Part shown: in pieces, positions 40,909-52,649 of the stretch
How the letters are laid out: every line of letters starts with the position of its first letter
How positions within the stretch are numbered: position 1 is the first letter of the stretch
Notes under the pieces: generated by a model
The model's database searches: none
The model's input: the letters and a program-made list of their open reading frames with translations, nothing else
What the model was told of the DNA's origin: nothing
Position numbers and translations under genes: made by a program
NCBI GenBank assembly: GCA_028023455.1
Contig: JAQFVV010000011.1
Span: 5,394,001-5,458,000 of the forward strand
Direction: 5' to 3'
Length of the DNA stretch: 64,000 bases
From: Epiperipatus broadwayi
Taxonomy: Eukaryota > Animalia > Onychophora

Positions 40909-41487
40909 AAATCTGATTAAAATTGAAAAAAAACATTTATTTCAAATTGCAGAGGTGGTGATTGCTAAAGTATATTATGACACATATAAAACTGTTTAAT
41001 ATTTGCCATCAGAATGAAACAAACTATGGTTATTTCACCATGTCTTACATTTAAAAGGGACTATTTATACTTTATCCTAATTGTTTTAAGTTGTACTTAA
41101 TACTGATATGCTATATCATATTTTATGAATTGTTTAAAGTAGTAAGGAAAAGTTTAAAAAAAAAGTTTAATTAAAGTTAGTTGCATTTTAATGTAATTGA
41201 AGAAAAAAAATAAGACATTCACTTGGTATTATATATCTATGTTATATTAATTTTATAAAGGTCTTTTAATTTATGTTAACCAATTGTTATTTTGTAGAAA
41301 TTGTCACTTTAAAAAAAAGATAATAATGGAAGATATAATATTCGTTTTAAATGTAATATATAATATAATCTTCAATAACTTCTCTTCCTCTTTCCTTCTT
41401 TATTTTTGCTTTTCTAATATATAACATATAATAACCATATTCCACTCTTTTGTCACTTTGAAGCAAAATATATTTATTTATTAATAT

Positions 41488-41526
41488 TACAGTTTCGACT
41501 GTTCCTAGCAGTCTTCTTCAGATCTG
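41488..41526 (-). ncRNA. Minimal type I hammerhead ribozyme motif (left arm of PAL4)
   Basis: CTGAAGA-A-GACTG-ctaggaa-CAGTC-GAAAC-T-GTA on the minus strand. Confidence 0.65.
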
Positions 41527-41562
41527 AATATCTACTAAACTCTCTCTACTCCACCAGATATT

Positions 41563-41606
41563 CAGATCTGACGAAGACTGCTAGGAACAGTCGAAACTGT
41601 AATATT
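41563..41606 (+). ncRNA. Minimal type I hammerhead ribozyme motif (right arm of PAL4)
   Basis: CTGACGA (41568-41574), A, stem II GACTG/CAGTC with a G-C base pair, GAAAC-T-GTA; predicted cleavage after 41601. Stem I is weak (3 of 5 bp). Confidence 0.65.
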
Positions 41607-41836
41607 AATAAATAAATATATTTTGCTTCAAAGTGTCAAAAGAGTGGAATGTGGTTATTATATGTTATAAATGTAATATATCTATGCATAAATCATTCAA
41701 GTGTTAAACAAGTTAGAGTAAATAATTATTAATAGCTTAAGTTATTGATTTAATTGTATCCATCAGGTTCCTTTGTTTGTAACCAACCCTATGCTTGATT
41801 GCTGAAAATTAGATTTTGTATTGGTGAACTTATAGT

Positions 41837-41838
<2 letters not shown>

Positions 41839-41882
<44 letters not shown>

Positions 41883-41916
41883 CTGCATATATATATATAT
41901 ATATATATATGCAGTT
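41839..41916. repeat. (AT)n microsatellite containing the perfect palindrome aactgc(at)n gcagtt
   Basis: Read directly; palindrome at 41881-41916. Confidence 0.9.
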
Positions 41917-42911
41917 GTTTGTTCACAGTGAAAGTTTAAATATATTCATATCCATTTAGGAGGATTCATTCCTATTTTATTATAATAAATTAAAGATTGG
42001 ACTCAAAATGAGCCATCTCTGTAGGGGTCATAGTCTTATTAAATTGGGATTAGAAGCTAAAAATGATCATTCCTTAAAGTTACTATTGTAGAAAGATGTA
42101 GCAATTATATATTCCACAATCAGTATATGCATAGTCTATACTAGGAAACTTATGTTAGATAAATGCCTTATATTTATAGGTTTATCTATATGTAATTATA
42201 TTTTAAATTTATTGAAGTCCAGGATTCCTGTATGGCAAATGCACTTGATTATCTATAACTAAATTAATATTATAAAATAGTTGAAAATTAAGATTAAACT
42301 TATCAAATAAATCTTTTGACATTTTATAAATAATTTTTCTTTCCTGCATACATATGAAATAAAACCATAGTATGCAGGAGATTGGAGAAAAGTTTTTGCT
42401 TTAAGAAAAATAAATTATATGTAGACTGATAATTATATTTTGTAATTAAACTATTGTTATATGATGTGTTAGCTTCTTTAAATGTAATATTATATTATCT
42501 ACATTCATTCATCGAGAGTAATTTGAGTTCTTCATGATCTAGCCTGGTATTATAAATAGGGGCTATGTATAGTGTCATCATTAATCTATGATGTATGTAA
42601 TTGTTTAAATCATTATTAACTTAAGTAGGTTTTAAAATTTTATAAAACTTTTAGCTTTATTCTTAGAAAATATTTTATTGTGCAAAATGTTGCACATCAA
42701 ATTCAGAAAAATAATAAATGAAGAATAAAATATATATTTTTTCAATATAAATCAAATAAGTTTTATTAATAAACATGATTGTATATGGCATTTCTGGACA
42801 GAAAAAATGCTGCTGGCATAATTTTACATTTTTTTATACAAATTTTAATTTTTTTTTAATGCATATGGCAATACTGTAAAATATGTTACATTTTCAAATT
42901 TATTTATATAT

Positions 42912-43032
42912 TTATTATTATTATTTGTTATTATTATTATTATTGTTGTTGTTGTTGCTGCTGCTGTTGTTGTTGTCACTGCCGCCACTAACGTCCTCGC
43001 TGCCGCTACTATCGTCACCGCTGCTGCTGCTG
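42912..43032. repeat. Compound trinucleotide repeat ATT>GTT>GCT>GCC/GCT
   Basis: Read directly; a period-3 register with gradually changing units. Confidence 0.85.
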
Positions 43033-43118
43033 TGTTTTTTTTTGGAGATAGTTTATAACTGAAATAGGCTGATATAGAATAAATTGTGATTTCACTGCAT
43101 TTTTAATCTTCATTAATT

Positions 43119-43310
43119 AATACGTTGTACAGGCTTAAACCTGCATTTATATATGTAATATATGCGGGGTTTGAACTCAGACTTTCACACGACCCACCAC
43201 TCTCAGTGCCATCTCATATTGCTGACCCACCTGATCACACACATGTTGAAAAGATAAATAATCACCAATATACGTATTTCATGCTAAACCAGCAATCATC
43301 AGTTGCTATC
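43119..43310 (-). mobile_element. Non-palindromic family A copy (homolog of PAL1) with upstream hammerhead
   Basis: 43119-43248 is nearly identical to 30884-31012, then continues aaaagataaataatcaccaa (rc of the PAL1 loop) and into a hammerhead motif. Confidence 0.85.
43263..43308 (-). ncRNA. Minimal type I hammerhead ribozyme motif with palindromic stem III
   Basis: tagcaa-CTGATGA-t-TGCT-ggttt-AGCA-t-GAA-ATACGTAT-A^ttggtg. Stem I 5 of 6 bp (one G-U); stem III is the palindrome AUACGUAU; the base of stem II is U.U rather than G-C. Confidence 0.7.
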
Positions 43311-44172
43311 CTTACACATATATATAATCAGTACTCAGCTTTATATTAAGATAGCCAATATTTATACTTTAATGGACAGGCTTCAAACTATTCCAACTCA
43401 CATTAATATAAATATTGTCTGATTTATGATCTTTATAAAATCTTGAACACTAACTAAAATCAAATTCATTTAGTATTTCATATAAAAATACAATTATTAG
43501 CTGATATAATTTTCACTTTGCAATGTCTGTTTTTAATTGATACTTTGCATACATATATAATCCAATAGCAGTTATTTCTAAAGAAAAATTAAATTTTGTA
43601 ACATTTTTAGATTATATTCTATTTTTTAATACTGCTGTCATTTTGACTTTAGACCATATTAGTCAAAATCTGTTTAATAATCAGTGTATAAATACTTGTA
43701 CTATAGTGGATTTTGTATTCTGATTTCTAAGTACATCCTAATCCATAAGTTGTCAATGTTTTGATTTGGATATATAATATTATAACTGAGCAAGCTGATG
43801 TTGTTTTCGTTGAAAATAATGGAAAAAAGGAGAAAAATTAAAGAATCTCTTAAAAATTCTATTGATGTTAAAGATAATTGAAATGTGAGTTAGAATTATG
43901 GGAAAATAGGGTGGTATATATTTGTTTTATGTTTGTATAGCTTTGCACTTGAAAAGTCTGCCTTGGCAGGAAAACAATTGGTATTGGATTTATAATTAAA
44001 TTTTAGCTAGTGATTTAGTTGTGAATTGGTATAATTAGTTTATTATATTGACTAGTTTTGCTTTTTGCATTTGATATTTTAAAAACAACTTTAATATTTT
44101 TTCTTTTTGTGTAATTTTATTTTCATTTTGAGCTCTTTTTACTTTAGTTAAGGCAAATACATTATTTAAGTC

Positions 44173-46340
44173 TTTTTTATTTTATAATTATGCAAATCTT
44201 TATTAACATGCAAAGAAAGAATAAAACAAGCAAAGAAAACATATATATACAATATCATCATCATCATCAACCATTATCAATCCACTGCAGGATGAAGGTC
44301 TTTCCAAGTTCAAACCATCTTCTCCAATCTTTAGCTTCTCTTCTCCACATCACCCCTACACACTTTCTTATTTCATCCATCCATCTCACATGTGGTCTCT
44401 TTCTGGGTCTTTTACAATCTCTTGGAATCAGTTTAAGATTTCAATTGTCCATTTATTATCATCTCTTCTAGCAATATGTCCAGCTCAACTCCACTTCAGT
44501 CTTTTAATTTTTTCAATGAGTCAATAACACCTGTTTGTTTTCTTACCCATATATTGCATTTTTGATCTCTTCTTGTTACTCCCAACATGCATCTCTCCAT
44601 ACTTCTTTGAGTGGTCTGCTGTCCAAGTGTCAGATCCATAAGTAAGAACTGATAAAACATTTATTAAAAAATTTTCTTTTCAAATACATAAGCATATTTC
44701 CTTTTAGTATTAAATTATTTCTACCAAAAGCATTCCAACCAAGTTTAATTGTATGATTAATTTCATTCATTATGTTTCCATCTGTATTAGTAATCTGACC
44801 AAGATATTTGTAGCTGTTAACTTCTTCTAACTCATGATAACCAATTTTTATTTTTATATTTTGAGAAAATTCATTGAACATTACTTTAGTCTTTTTAACA
44901 TTTATCTTTAGTCCTACTTTCATCTGATAACTCTTGCAACATTTCCTGCAGCTCTAAAGCATTATTTTCAAAAACAATTACATCTCCTGCAAAATCTAAA
45001 TAACTTAAATAATCTCCATTTACTTTCACTCCTTTAGATTCCCATTTTAATCCACAAAATACTTCTTGCAGCACCACTGTAAAAAGTTTGGAGATATTGA
45101 GTCACTATGTCTTACACCCTTCTCAATGTTGGCTTTCTTAGTATCATTATGTAATCTAATTGTTACCGTTGGATCTATACTTTGATGATCCAATGCTTTA
45201 ATCTCTGAAGAAATGTTTATAGAATCAAATGCCTTTTCATAATCTACAAATCCAAAGCATAATGGCAACTCATATTCATTTGTTCTTTCTATAACTTCTC
45301 TCAATATCTGGATATGATCTACTATACTAAAACCACTTTTAAATCCAGCTTGTTCTCTTGGTTGGTGGAAATCCAATGTTTTCTGTAGATGAGTTGTAAT
45401 TATCTTAGTAAAATTTTTGTATAAAACTGATAAAAGTCTGATAGGTCTGTAATTTCTAATATCTTCTTTATCAGCTTTTTTAAATATTAATATTAATATT
45501 CATTCTTCCAATCATCTGGTATATCTTTATCATTTAGACATTTGGTATATAACTTTGCTAAAAAAAATTCTATTTCTTCACCTGCTTCTTTTAATATATC
45601 AATTATAATTCCATCATTACCTGGAGTCTTTCCTTTCTTCATATCATAAATTTAATTGCATGTCTCACTTCTTCATAATATATACATGTAATAATACAAG
45701 TGTCAATCATCTGTTACACTTTTAAACGCCAATACAGAGCTTATCTCTAACAATTTAAATGGCTGATAGGGTCGAGATTTATTTCAGAAAATCAAAGAAG
45801 GCAAGTGCCCAGTATTACAAAGGGCTACTATCCTATCTTATAATTTGACAGATTGTTATACCAGGGCGTCCCCAACTGGTTTCCATGGTTTTCCTAGGCT
45901 AGAGTCTCAGGCATTGGTTGTAATACATTTCCCAGTCACTATCAAGTTTTTTTAGGCAGTTGAACTTTTTGTTATTAAAGATCAAATTGTGTCGTATAGT
46001 CCAAATGGTTTTCAGGGTATGTACTGTTACCATTGCATTGTAAGGATTGCATTTAGCAATATATTACCTAAATAAGTTTGTTAGGTTTATAAATGGCCTG
46101 TGTTTGCCTAAGTGGTAAGCAATCCTCGAATAAATGCTGGAATGTTTCTTCACTAGCCTTGCATAGGAAACAGGTTGGGTCCAAATTGAGATGATAAAAG
46201 GAAGAATTTATTTCATAGATTAAATCTCTCTGGGAAGACTAGAATTTTTTGAGAAAGACTTATTTTTTTAAAGCTTGGAATTGTTGGATGGATAGCAGGA
46301 TAGACTAGGTTTAGTCACATCAATGTATAAATAATTATAA
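44173..46340 (-). mobile_element. L1/Tx1-clade 3' fragment (same family as 18.6 kb), interrupted by an RTE at 44255-45677
   Basis: rc of about 45950-46200 gives CFLCKASEETFQHLFEDC...VHTLKTIWTIRHNLIFNNKKF. The terminal tgttaataaag.ttt plus A-rich tail lies at 44173-44215, left of the RTE. Confidence 0.75.
44255..45677 (-). mobile_element. 5'-truncated RTE-clade LINE
   Basis: (TGA)n tail at 44255. RT fragments in ORFs 44630-44923, 44895-45077 and 45047-45376 ([22 protein letters not shown]). Possible TSD atatataca at 44243-44251 and 45678-45686. Confidence 0.9.
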
Positions 46341-46679
46341 TAATAGTTGTAAAGTTATTTATTTTACAAAGAACTAAATGTTATCATGTGCTCCAAAAAA
46401 ATTCTATGGTATATTTATTTATATAGAAACGTAAACAATTAATTAATATATTTGGATTACATCCACAATTGTGATACATGTGAACACATGGCCTAAATGG
46501 TTCTGTTTATTATATATATATGTATATTTCTGATTGTTTTTTATTTTTATTTTGTTTATGCCTTATATAAATATTATAATCTAAGTTTCACAATTTTTTT
46601 GTGTGCCTTATAGGAATATTATAATCTAAATTTTACAATTTTTTTGTGAAAGAATTCTAAGTTGCACAATTTAAACTTA

Positions 46680-47350
46680 CATCATCATCAAACATTATGA
46701 ATCCATTTCAGGATGAAAGTTTCTCCAAGTTCAATCTATCTCCAATCTTTAGCTTTTCTTCTCCACATCACTCCTGCACACTTTCTTATTTCATCCATCC
46801 ATCTCACATGTGGTCTCATTCTGGGTCTTTTACAATCTTTTGGAATCCAGTTTAAGATTTCAGTTGTCCATCTATTCTCATCTCTTCTAGTAATATGTCC
46901 AGCCCAACTCCACTTCAGTCTTTTAATTTTTTCAATGAGATCAGTAATACCTGTTTGTTCTCTTACCCATATATTGCATTTTCGATCTTCTCTTGCTACT
47001 CATAACATACATCTCTCCATATTTTTTTGAATGGTCTGACATTTCGGTATTGTCCTTCTATTAAGTGTCCAAGTCTCAATTGGTAAAACACATTTATTAA
47101 AAACCTTTCTTTTCAAACACTTAGGCATATTTCCTTTTAGCATCAAGTTATTGCTACCAAAAGCATTCCAATCAAGTTCAATTCTATAATTAATTTCATC
47201 CATTATGTTTCCATCTGTATTAATAATCTGACCAAGGTATTTGTAACTGTTAACTTCTTCTAACTCATCATAATCAATCTTTATTTTCATATTTTGAGAA
47301 AATCCATTGAACATTACTTTAGTCTTTTTAACATTTATCTTTAGTCTATA
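46680..47350 (-). mobile_element. Short 5'-truncated RTE-clade LINE 3' end
   Basis: atcatcatca tail and ORF 47000-47413 (LKINVKKTKVMFN...YKYLGQ), colinear with the other copies. Confidence 0.9.
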
Positions 47351-47759
47351 TCTTCTATTAAATAAGTTTTTTTTATTTATTATTTTTGATTGTCTAATAC
47401 ATATATTATGCATTTCTTAAATTTAACAAACTTTTTTCTTTATTGAAATAATACATTTTTATGCAGTGCAAATATATTGTGTATAAGTAAATATCTGCCA
47501 AATTTTTATTTTATATGTATAGTATATTATATTTATTTAATTAAGTAATTGGACTTTGGGAACATAAAATCTGTAAATGGCAGACATATTTAAATGAATG
47601 TTGTAAGTTTAATGCATATGTAGATTTAATCATATTAAAATTGATATGGTTGGAGAAAGTAATGAAAAATTATTATAGTGGACTATGGTTTCTCAGCATT
47701 GATTATATCAATTCAATCTGAAGCCATTACACTCCTAAAATTAATAATAGAACATGAAA

Positions 47760-48830
47760 GATAAAATAAGTGAATCAGAAAAGATGACAAATTTATTGTC
47801 AGGAACTAAAAAAAAAAGGTTTGATATATAAGAATTTGTGAGTCAATATGTGTTGAATGTGGAGAAAAGAGAGCAGAAGGTATAAACATTTTGCATCATG
47901 GATGGTGAAATAGTAAAGTAGCAAATTCTAGAATTTTATAATGATATTGTACAATATGTAAGTTATTGAAATTGTTGAAAATTTTGGACTGGGGATAATA
48001 CTTTTTTTGTAGAAAAGATAATATGATAGTGTTGAATATATGGAATTAAAAAAAGAGTCAAAGACTATGTTTTCATAAAAAGTTCCAGATAATAAGACTA
48101 GAAATTTAACCAGTTTATGTTTTGATTCAAAAATAAGTTTAGAAACAAAATTATCAATGAATGTACACCTCCTGGAGCTGATACAGAGTCTGATCACAAT
48201 TTACTAAAATAATAGTAATCTGATTGATGAAGTACATCCAAATAAAAGATGAGAATTTTTCAAAGCAAATGTAAAAGATGTTGCAGTAAAAATAGTGATT
48301 TATAAAAGAAGTGAGTAACAAAGACTTGGATTAATAATGACATAATGAATAAAATAGCAGAGAAGAAAATGAAAAAATGTGAATTCTGCCAAAAACGAAA
48401 TAAGTATACTAATCTTAATAACAAATTGAGATCTGAAATCAATAAAACTAAGAAAGATTAGCTAGAAGGAGATTATAGAGGAATTGAGGAATTACAAATA
48501 AAAAAAAGAGAGAAATATGATTTAACTTATAGAGGAGTAAGAGAATTTGAACAGGAAAAGTAATCTCAAAATTGAAATGATGATTGAAGATTAAAAACAG
48601 TAAATTATTTGTTATTGTAGATAAAATCAAAAGTTGAAGGAATATTTTAATGATTTAAATAATAGAAATAATATGACTTTGTATATTTAAATTGAAAATG
48701 AAATCATATTTATAGTCATGAAATAGATTGTTCTATAATGAAGAATGAAGTTGTAAAATCTATTATTTTAGTTGAAAACTTGTAAGGTTTAGAGAACTGA
48801 TGAGATTCTAATTAGATTATCAAAGATTAT
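47760..48830 (+). mobile_element. Decayed AP-endonuclease/linker of another RTE-type LINE
   Basis: cctggagctgatacagagtctgatcacaatttacta = PGADTESDHNLL at about 48170; further linker remnants up to about 48830. Confidence 0.6.
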
Positions 48831-48989
48831 CGACATGTACTCTACTACAAAAGCTCAGATATTGGGGGAAAAAATAAAGTGCAGGTCATTATAAACAAAG
48901 AGTAGAAAATCAACTGTTGAAATTAATAGTATATCAGCTATAGTGACAAGATTAGTTATTTAACTTAATTAAAGATACTAAATGCAGAT

Positions 48990-51490
48990 AATTTGTATTT
49001 ATGCTTCAACAAATTGACATTGTGGTAAAGAAATTGAGGATTTTTATAAAGGTGTATAAAATGTTTTTGGTAAAACCAAACATTTTAAAATTATGTGATT
49101 AAATAGTATCTATGGGTAAATTTTTCTATGGTGACAGAAATGAGAGAGGACATAGACTTGTAGAATTTTTAGAGAAAGACAAATTGTATATTGTGAATTC
49201 TTTCTTTGAGATAAATCCTAAATGGAAATATACATGCAAACATAAAAATTGAAGGCATAGCAAAATTGGATTATATTTTGATTAATATAAAATATGTATT
49301 TCAAGCTTATTCATTGTTTAATGAAATATATGTACTAATGCAAAACTAGAGAAGTGAAAGCTGTTAAAAAAAGATAATATTAACACTTCATATTTCTAAC
49401 TTTTAGAACCAACCTCCAATGAATTTAACTTAGAACTTTCTAATCTTTGAAAATATTGATAGTCGTCGAAGATGTTTCAATCTTAACTAAAATCAATAGG
49501 AAGATAATTGATATTCTATTGAAAACTGCAACAGAAATATCTGATGTAAAAATCACCAATTTACCAGTAAATTTTTAACTGAAACAGGATGAGGTATGAA
49601 GAAAAGAATGTATATGAAAGTATTGTCAAATTCATTCATTAAGAAGAATTGAATATCTGGAGTTCTAAAAAGTTGTAGAAAAAGAGTTTATAATGTCATA
49701 AGAAAGTATAATTGTAAATTGGTAAGGAAAGCTATAGATGAAAATAAAACTTTCAAAAGTATAAAACATTATTTTGATATTGAAGTAAAGCATGTTTCAA
49801 CAATAAAAAAAAAGTTATTACTAAAAAAAGGAATATCATCATAGAAGAGTTCTACAAGAAATTATATACTAATTTTCTTATTCTTATTTAAAGAATAAGA
49901 AAACAAAGTAATTATTACTTTTAAATTGCCAAACATTTTAAATGAAGAAGCAAAATATTTAATTAAATTTATGGAAAATGAAAAGCTAAATGATAGAATT
50001 ATTATTGTTACTTTTAAATAAAGAAGGTAAAGTAATAGAAAAATTATTGGCAAAACTATATTCAAAATGTCTAAATAGTTATACTAAATGATTGGAAGAA
50101 TGTCATAGTAATAGTGATATTTAAGAAAGATGATAAAGAAGATATTAGAAATTACAGACCTATTAGTTTTCTACCAATTTTATATAAAATCTTTACTGAG
50201 ATAATTGCAACTTGTCTACTGCTAACTTTAGTTTCAAATCAACCAAAAGATAAGGCTGGATTTAAAAGTGGTTTCAAAACTTGGGATCATCTCCAATTTT
50301 ATATAAAATCTTTATCAAAGTAATTACAACTTGTCTACAGCAAACTTTAATTTCAAATCAGCCAAAAGATAAGATTGGATTTAAAAGTGGTTTTAACAGA
50401 GGGGATCAACTCCAAGTATTGAGTATGCTTTAAATTTATAGATTACAAAAAGGCATTTGATTTTGTAAGCATTTTTACAGTTATTAAAGTTTTGAGCCAT
50501 CAAGGCAAAAATCCAGGATGTTGTCATATTCTGAAGAATATTTATCAAAGTGCAATATCAGTGATTAGATTACATGATGACAATAATAAGATTAACATTG
50601 ATAAGAGTTTCTAGAACAGTGATTCCATATCTCCAAAAATTTTTACAACAATTTTACAAGAAATATTTGTGGATTAAATTGAGAGACTAAGAAGAAATAG
50701 AATGCATAGAGGTTATTTATATCATCTAGATTTTGCAGATGATGTGATTGTTTTTTAATATAATGCTTCAGAGCTTCAGGAAATGTAAGAGTTATTAGAT
50801 GAAAGTAAGAAAGTAAGGCTAAAGACAAATAATAAAAAGTCTAAATTTTGTTCAATTGATTTTCTCAAAAAAAAAAAAAAAAGAAGAAGCAAATAAAGAT
50901 TGATAATCATGAATTAGAAGTTAACAATTTCAAATACTTTACTCAGATTATTAATACAAACAGAAATTTAATAGATTAAATTAATCATAGAATTAAATTT
51001 GGATAAAGTATTTTTGATAGAAATTACTTAACATTATAAGGAAATATACCTATGTTTGAAAAGAAAGATGTGTTTTACTGGTTCCATTGTGTGGGTTGAG
51101 ACTTAGATACTAGCAATACAGAGATTTTAGACCACTCAACAAAATAAGGGATGTATGTTGAAAGTAATAAGAAGAGATCAAATTGAAATACTTAATTGAG
51201 AGAATTAACAAGCATCACATATATCAATGAAAGAATTGAAAGGCTGAATTGGAACTGTTCTGGATATATTGCTAGGTGAGATGCTAGTAGAAGGACATCT
51301 GAAGTCTTAAACTGAATTCCAAGTAAAAGCATTAGAAAGAGATTATTATGAGATAGATGGTTGAAATAAAGAAATTCATTGGTGGAATGTGAAGAAGATA
51401 GAGCATGGATCAGAGAAACCAGATTAAATTTGGATAGACTTTCATCCTTCCCTAGATTGATAATGTTTGAAAATAAAGATGATTGTTCTT
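48990..51490 (+). mobile_element. Decayed near-full RTE-clade LINE (13.4 kb family) with an internal 119-bp tandem duplication at 50174-50412
   Basis: gaaatgagagaggacatagacttgtag (RNERGHRLV) at about 49140; ORF 50114-50323 [17 protein letters not shown]; ctagattttgcagatgat (LDFADD) at about 50727; 3' end homologous to the other copies. Confidence 0.85.
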
Positions 51491-51867
51491 TGTAATGTAA
51501 TTTATGACTTATGAGAGTAGCTAGTAGATTTTCTTTCAAATATTATGATTACATATTGAAATATGAGATTTTAGAATAATTATATTAATTTCCCATTATG
51601 TTAAGGGGCTAATGTAGGTCTTGGGTTAGATGATTTTAAATAGATTTTGTATGTTTTTGTCAAAAAGCAATTTGGATTTGTGAAAACCAACGGGGCAAGT
51701 GATGCAATGAGGATATAAGTATTTGTGTTAATGAAGTTTGCAATTTAAATTAGAAGTCCATGCAGATTAATAAAAGGGAAAGTGGATTATTAATTGCTTT
51801 TTATTAAATATATATGCAATATATTGAGGAAGGAAGGGATTACATTATTTTGAGATATGTAAAGCAA

Positions 51868-52416
51868 AAGAAGTTAATATTATATTAGATAATGAGCATG
51901 CTAATAGCTGTTAATAAGTTTCTGAATATCCTCCTCCTCAGACCGGTTTCTAGCTCTGGCTGTTATCAGTGAGGCACTAGGACATTCAGGTATTAGATTT
52001 AAAAATACCAGGTGAAGCCTAGCATTTATCTAATAGTTACCTATTAAATAGAAAAATCTGAATTTTTCAGATATCCATATGTCTTCAATTTCCAGCTATC
52101 TAATTTAAATAGTCATATGGGAATGAACTAAGTTTAAATACACCATATATCAATAACCATAGCAATATAAAATCACCAAAGGTTCAAGAGCAAAACAATA
52201 ATTGCAAGGAAATCAAGTCATATATCATATGACTTAATTTAATAAGCTTGTACTACAAATGTTATATAATGAACAGTCTGAAGATAAGGATATTCAGAAA
52301 AGCTTGTTAAGAGCTATTAGCATGCTCATTATATAACATTTGTCGTACAAGCTTATTACATTAAGTCACATGATGCATGACTTGATTTCCTTGCAATTAT
52401 TGCAAGAAGTTAATAT
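51868..52416. mobile_element. Palindromic insertion PAL5 (family B), 13-bp TSD aagaagttaatat, terminally redundant monomer of about 377 nt
   Basis: TSD 51868-51880 and 52404-52416. Arms 52196-52272 and 52326-52402 (77 bp, 5 mismatches). The 53-nt loop is the inverted homolog of 51889-51945. Confidence 0.85.
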
Positions 52417-52649
52417 ATATTTTTAAAAGTCTTTAGATAGACTGAATTGATTTTTGTTTTTTGCTGGATATTTGAAAAAGAAAATTATATTTTGGAAGAA
52501 AAATCATTTATTTAAGTCATTTATGTTTAAATCAGAATATATATGTATGGTTAAACAATCTTTTTGTCGTGAAGATAGAAGAAGTGAAATGCAAGCTTCT
52601 GATATTTGCTTTTTGTTTTCTGTAATATAAATTTAAATGAGTGACTAAA

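Larger units (their letters stand above)
41348..41681. mobile_element. Palindromic insertion PAL4, 14-bp TSD taaatgtaatatat
   Basis: TSD 41348-41361 and 41668-41681. Arms 41420-41533 and 41556-41669 (114 bp, 3 mismatches), 22-nt loop, 58 nt of extra sequence on the left. Confidence 0.92.

Noticed and set aside
43371-43390. acaggcttcaaac as the start of a second family A unit (period about 247)
   Set aside because: Only about 12 matching nt; could be chance, and homology does not continue.
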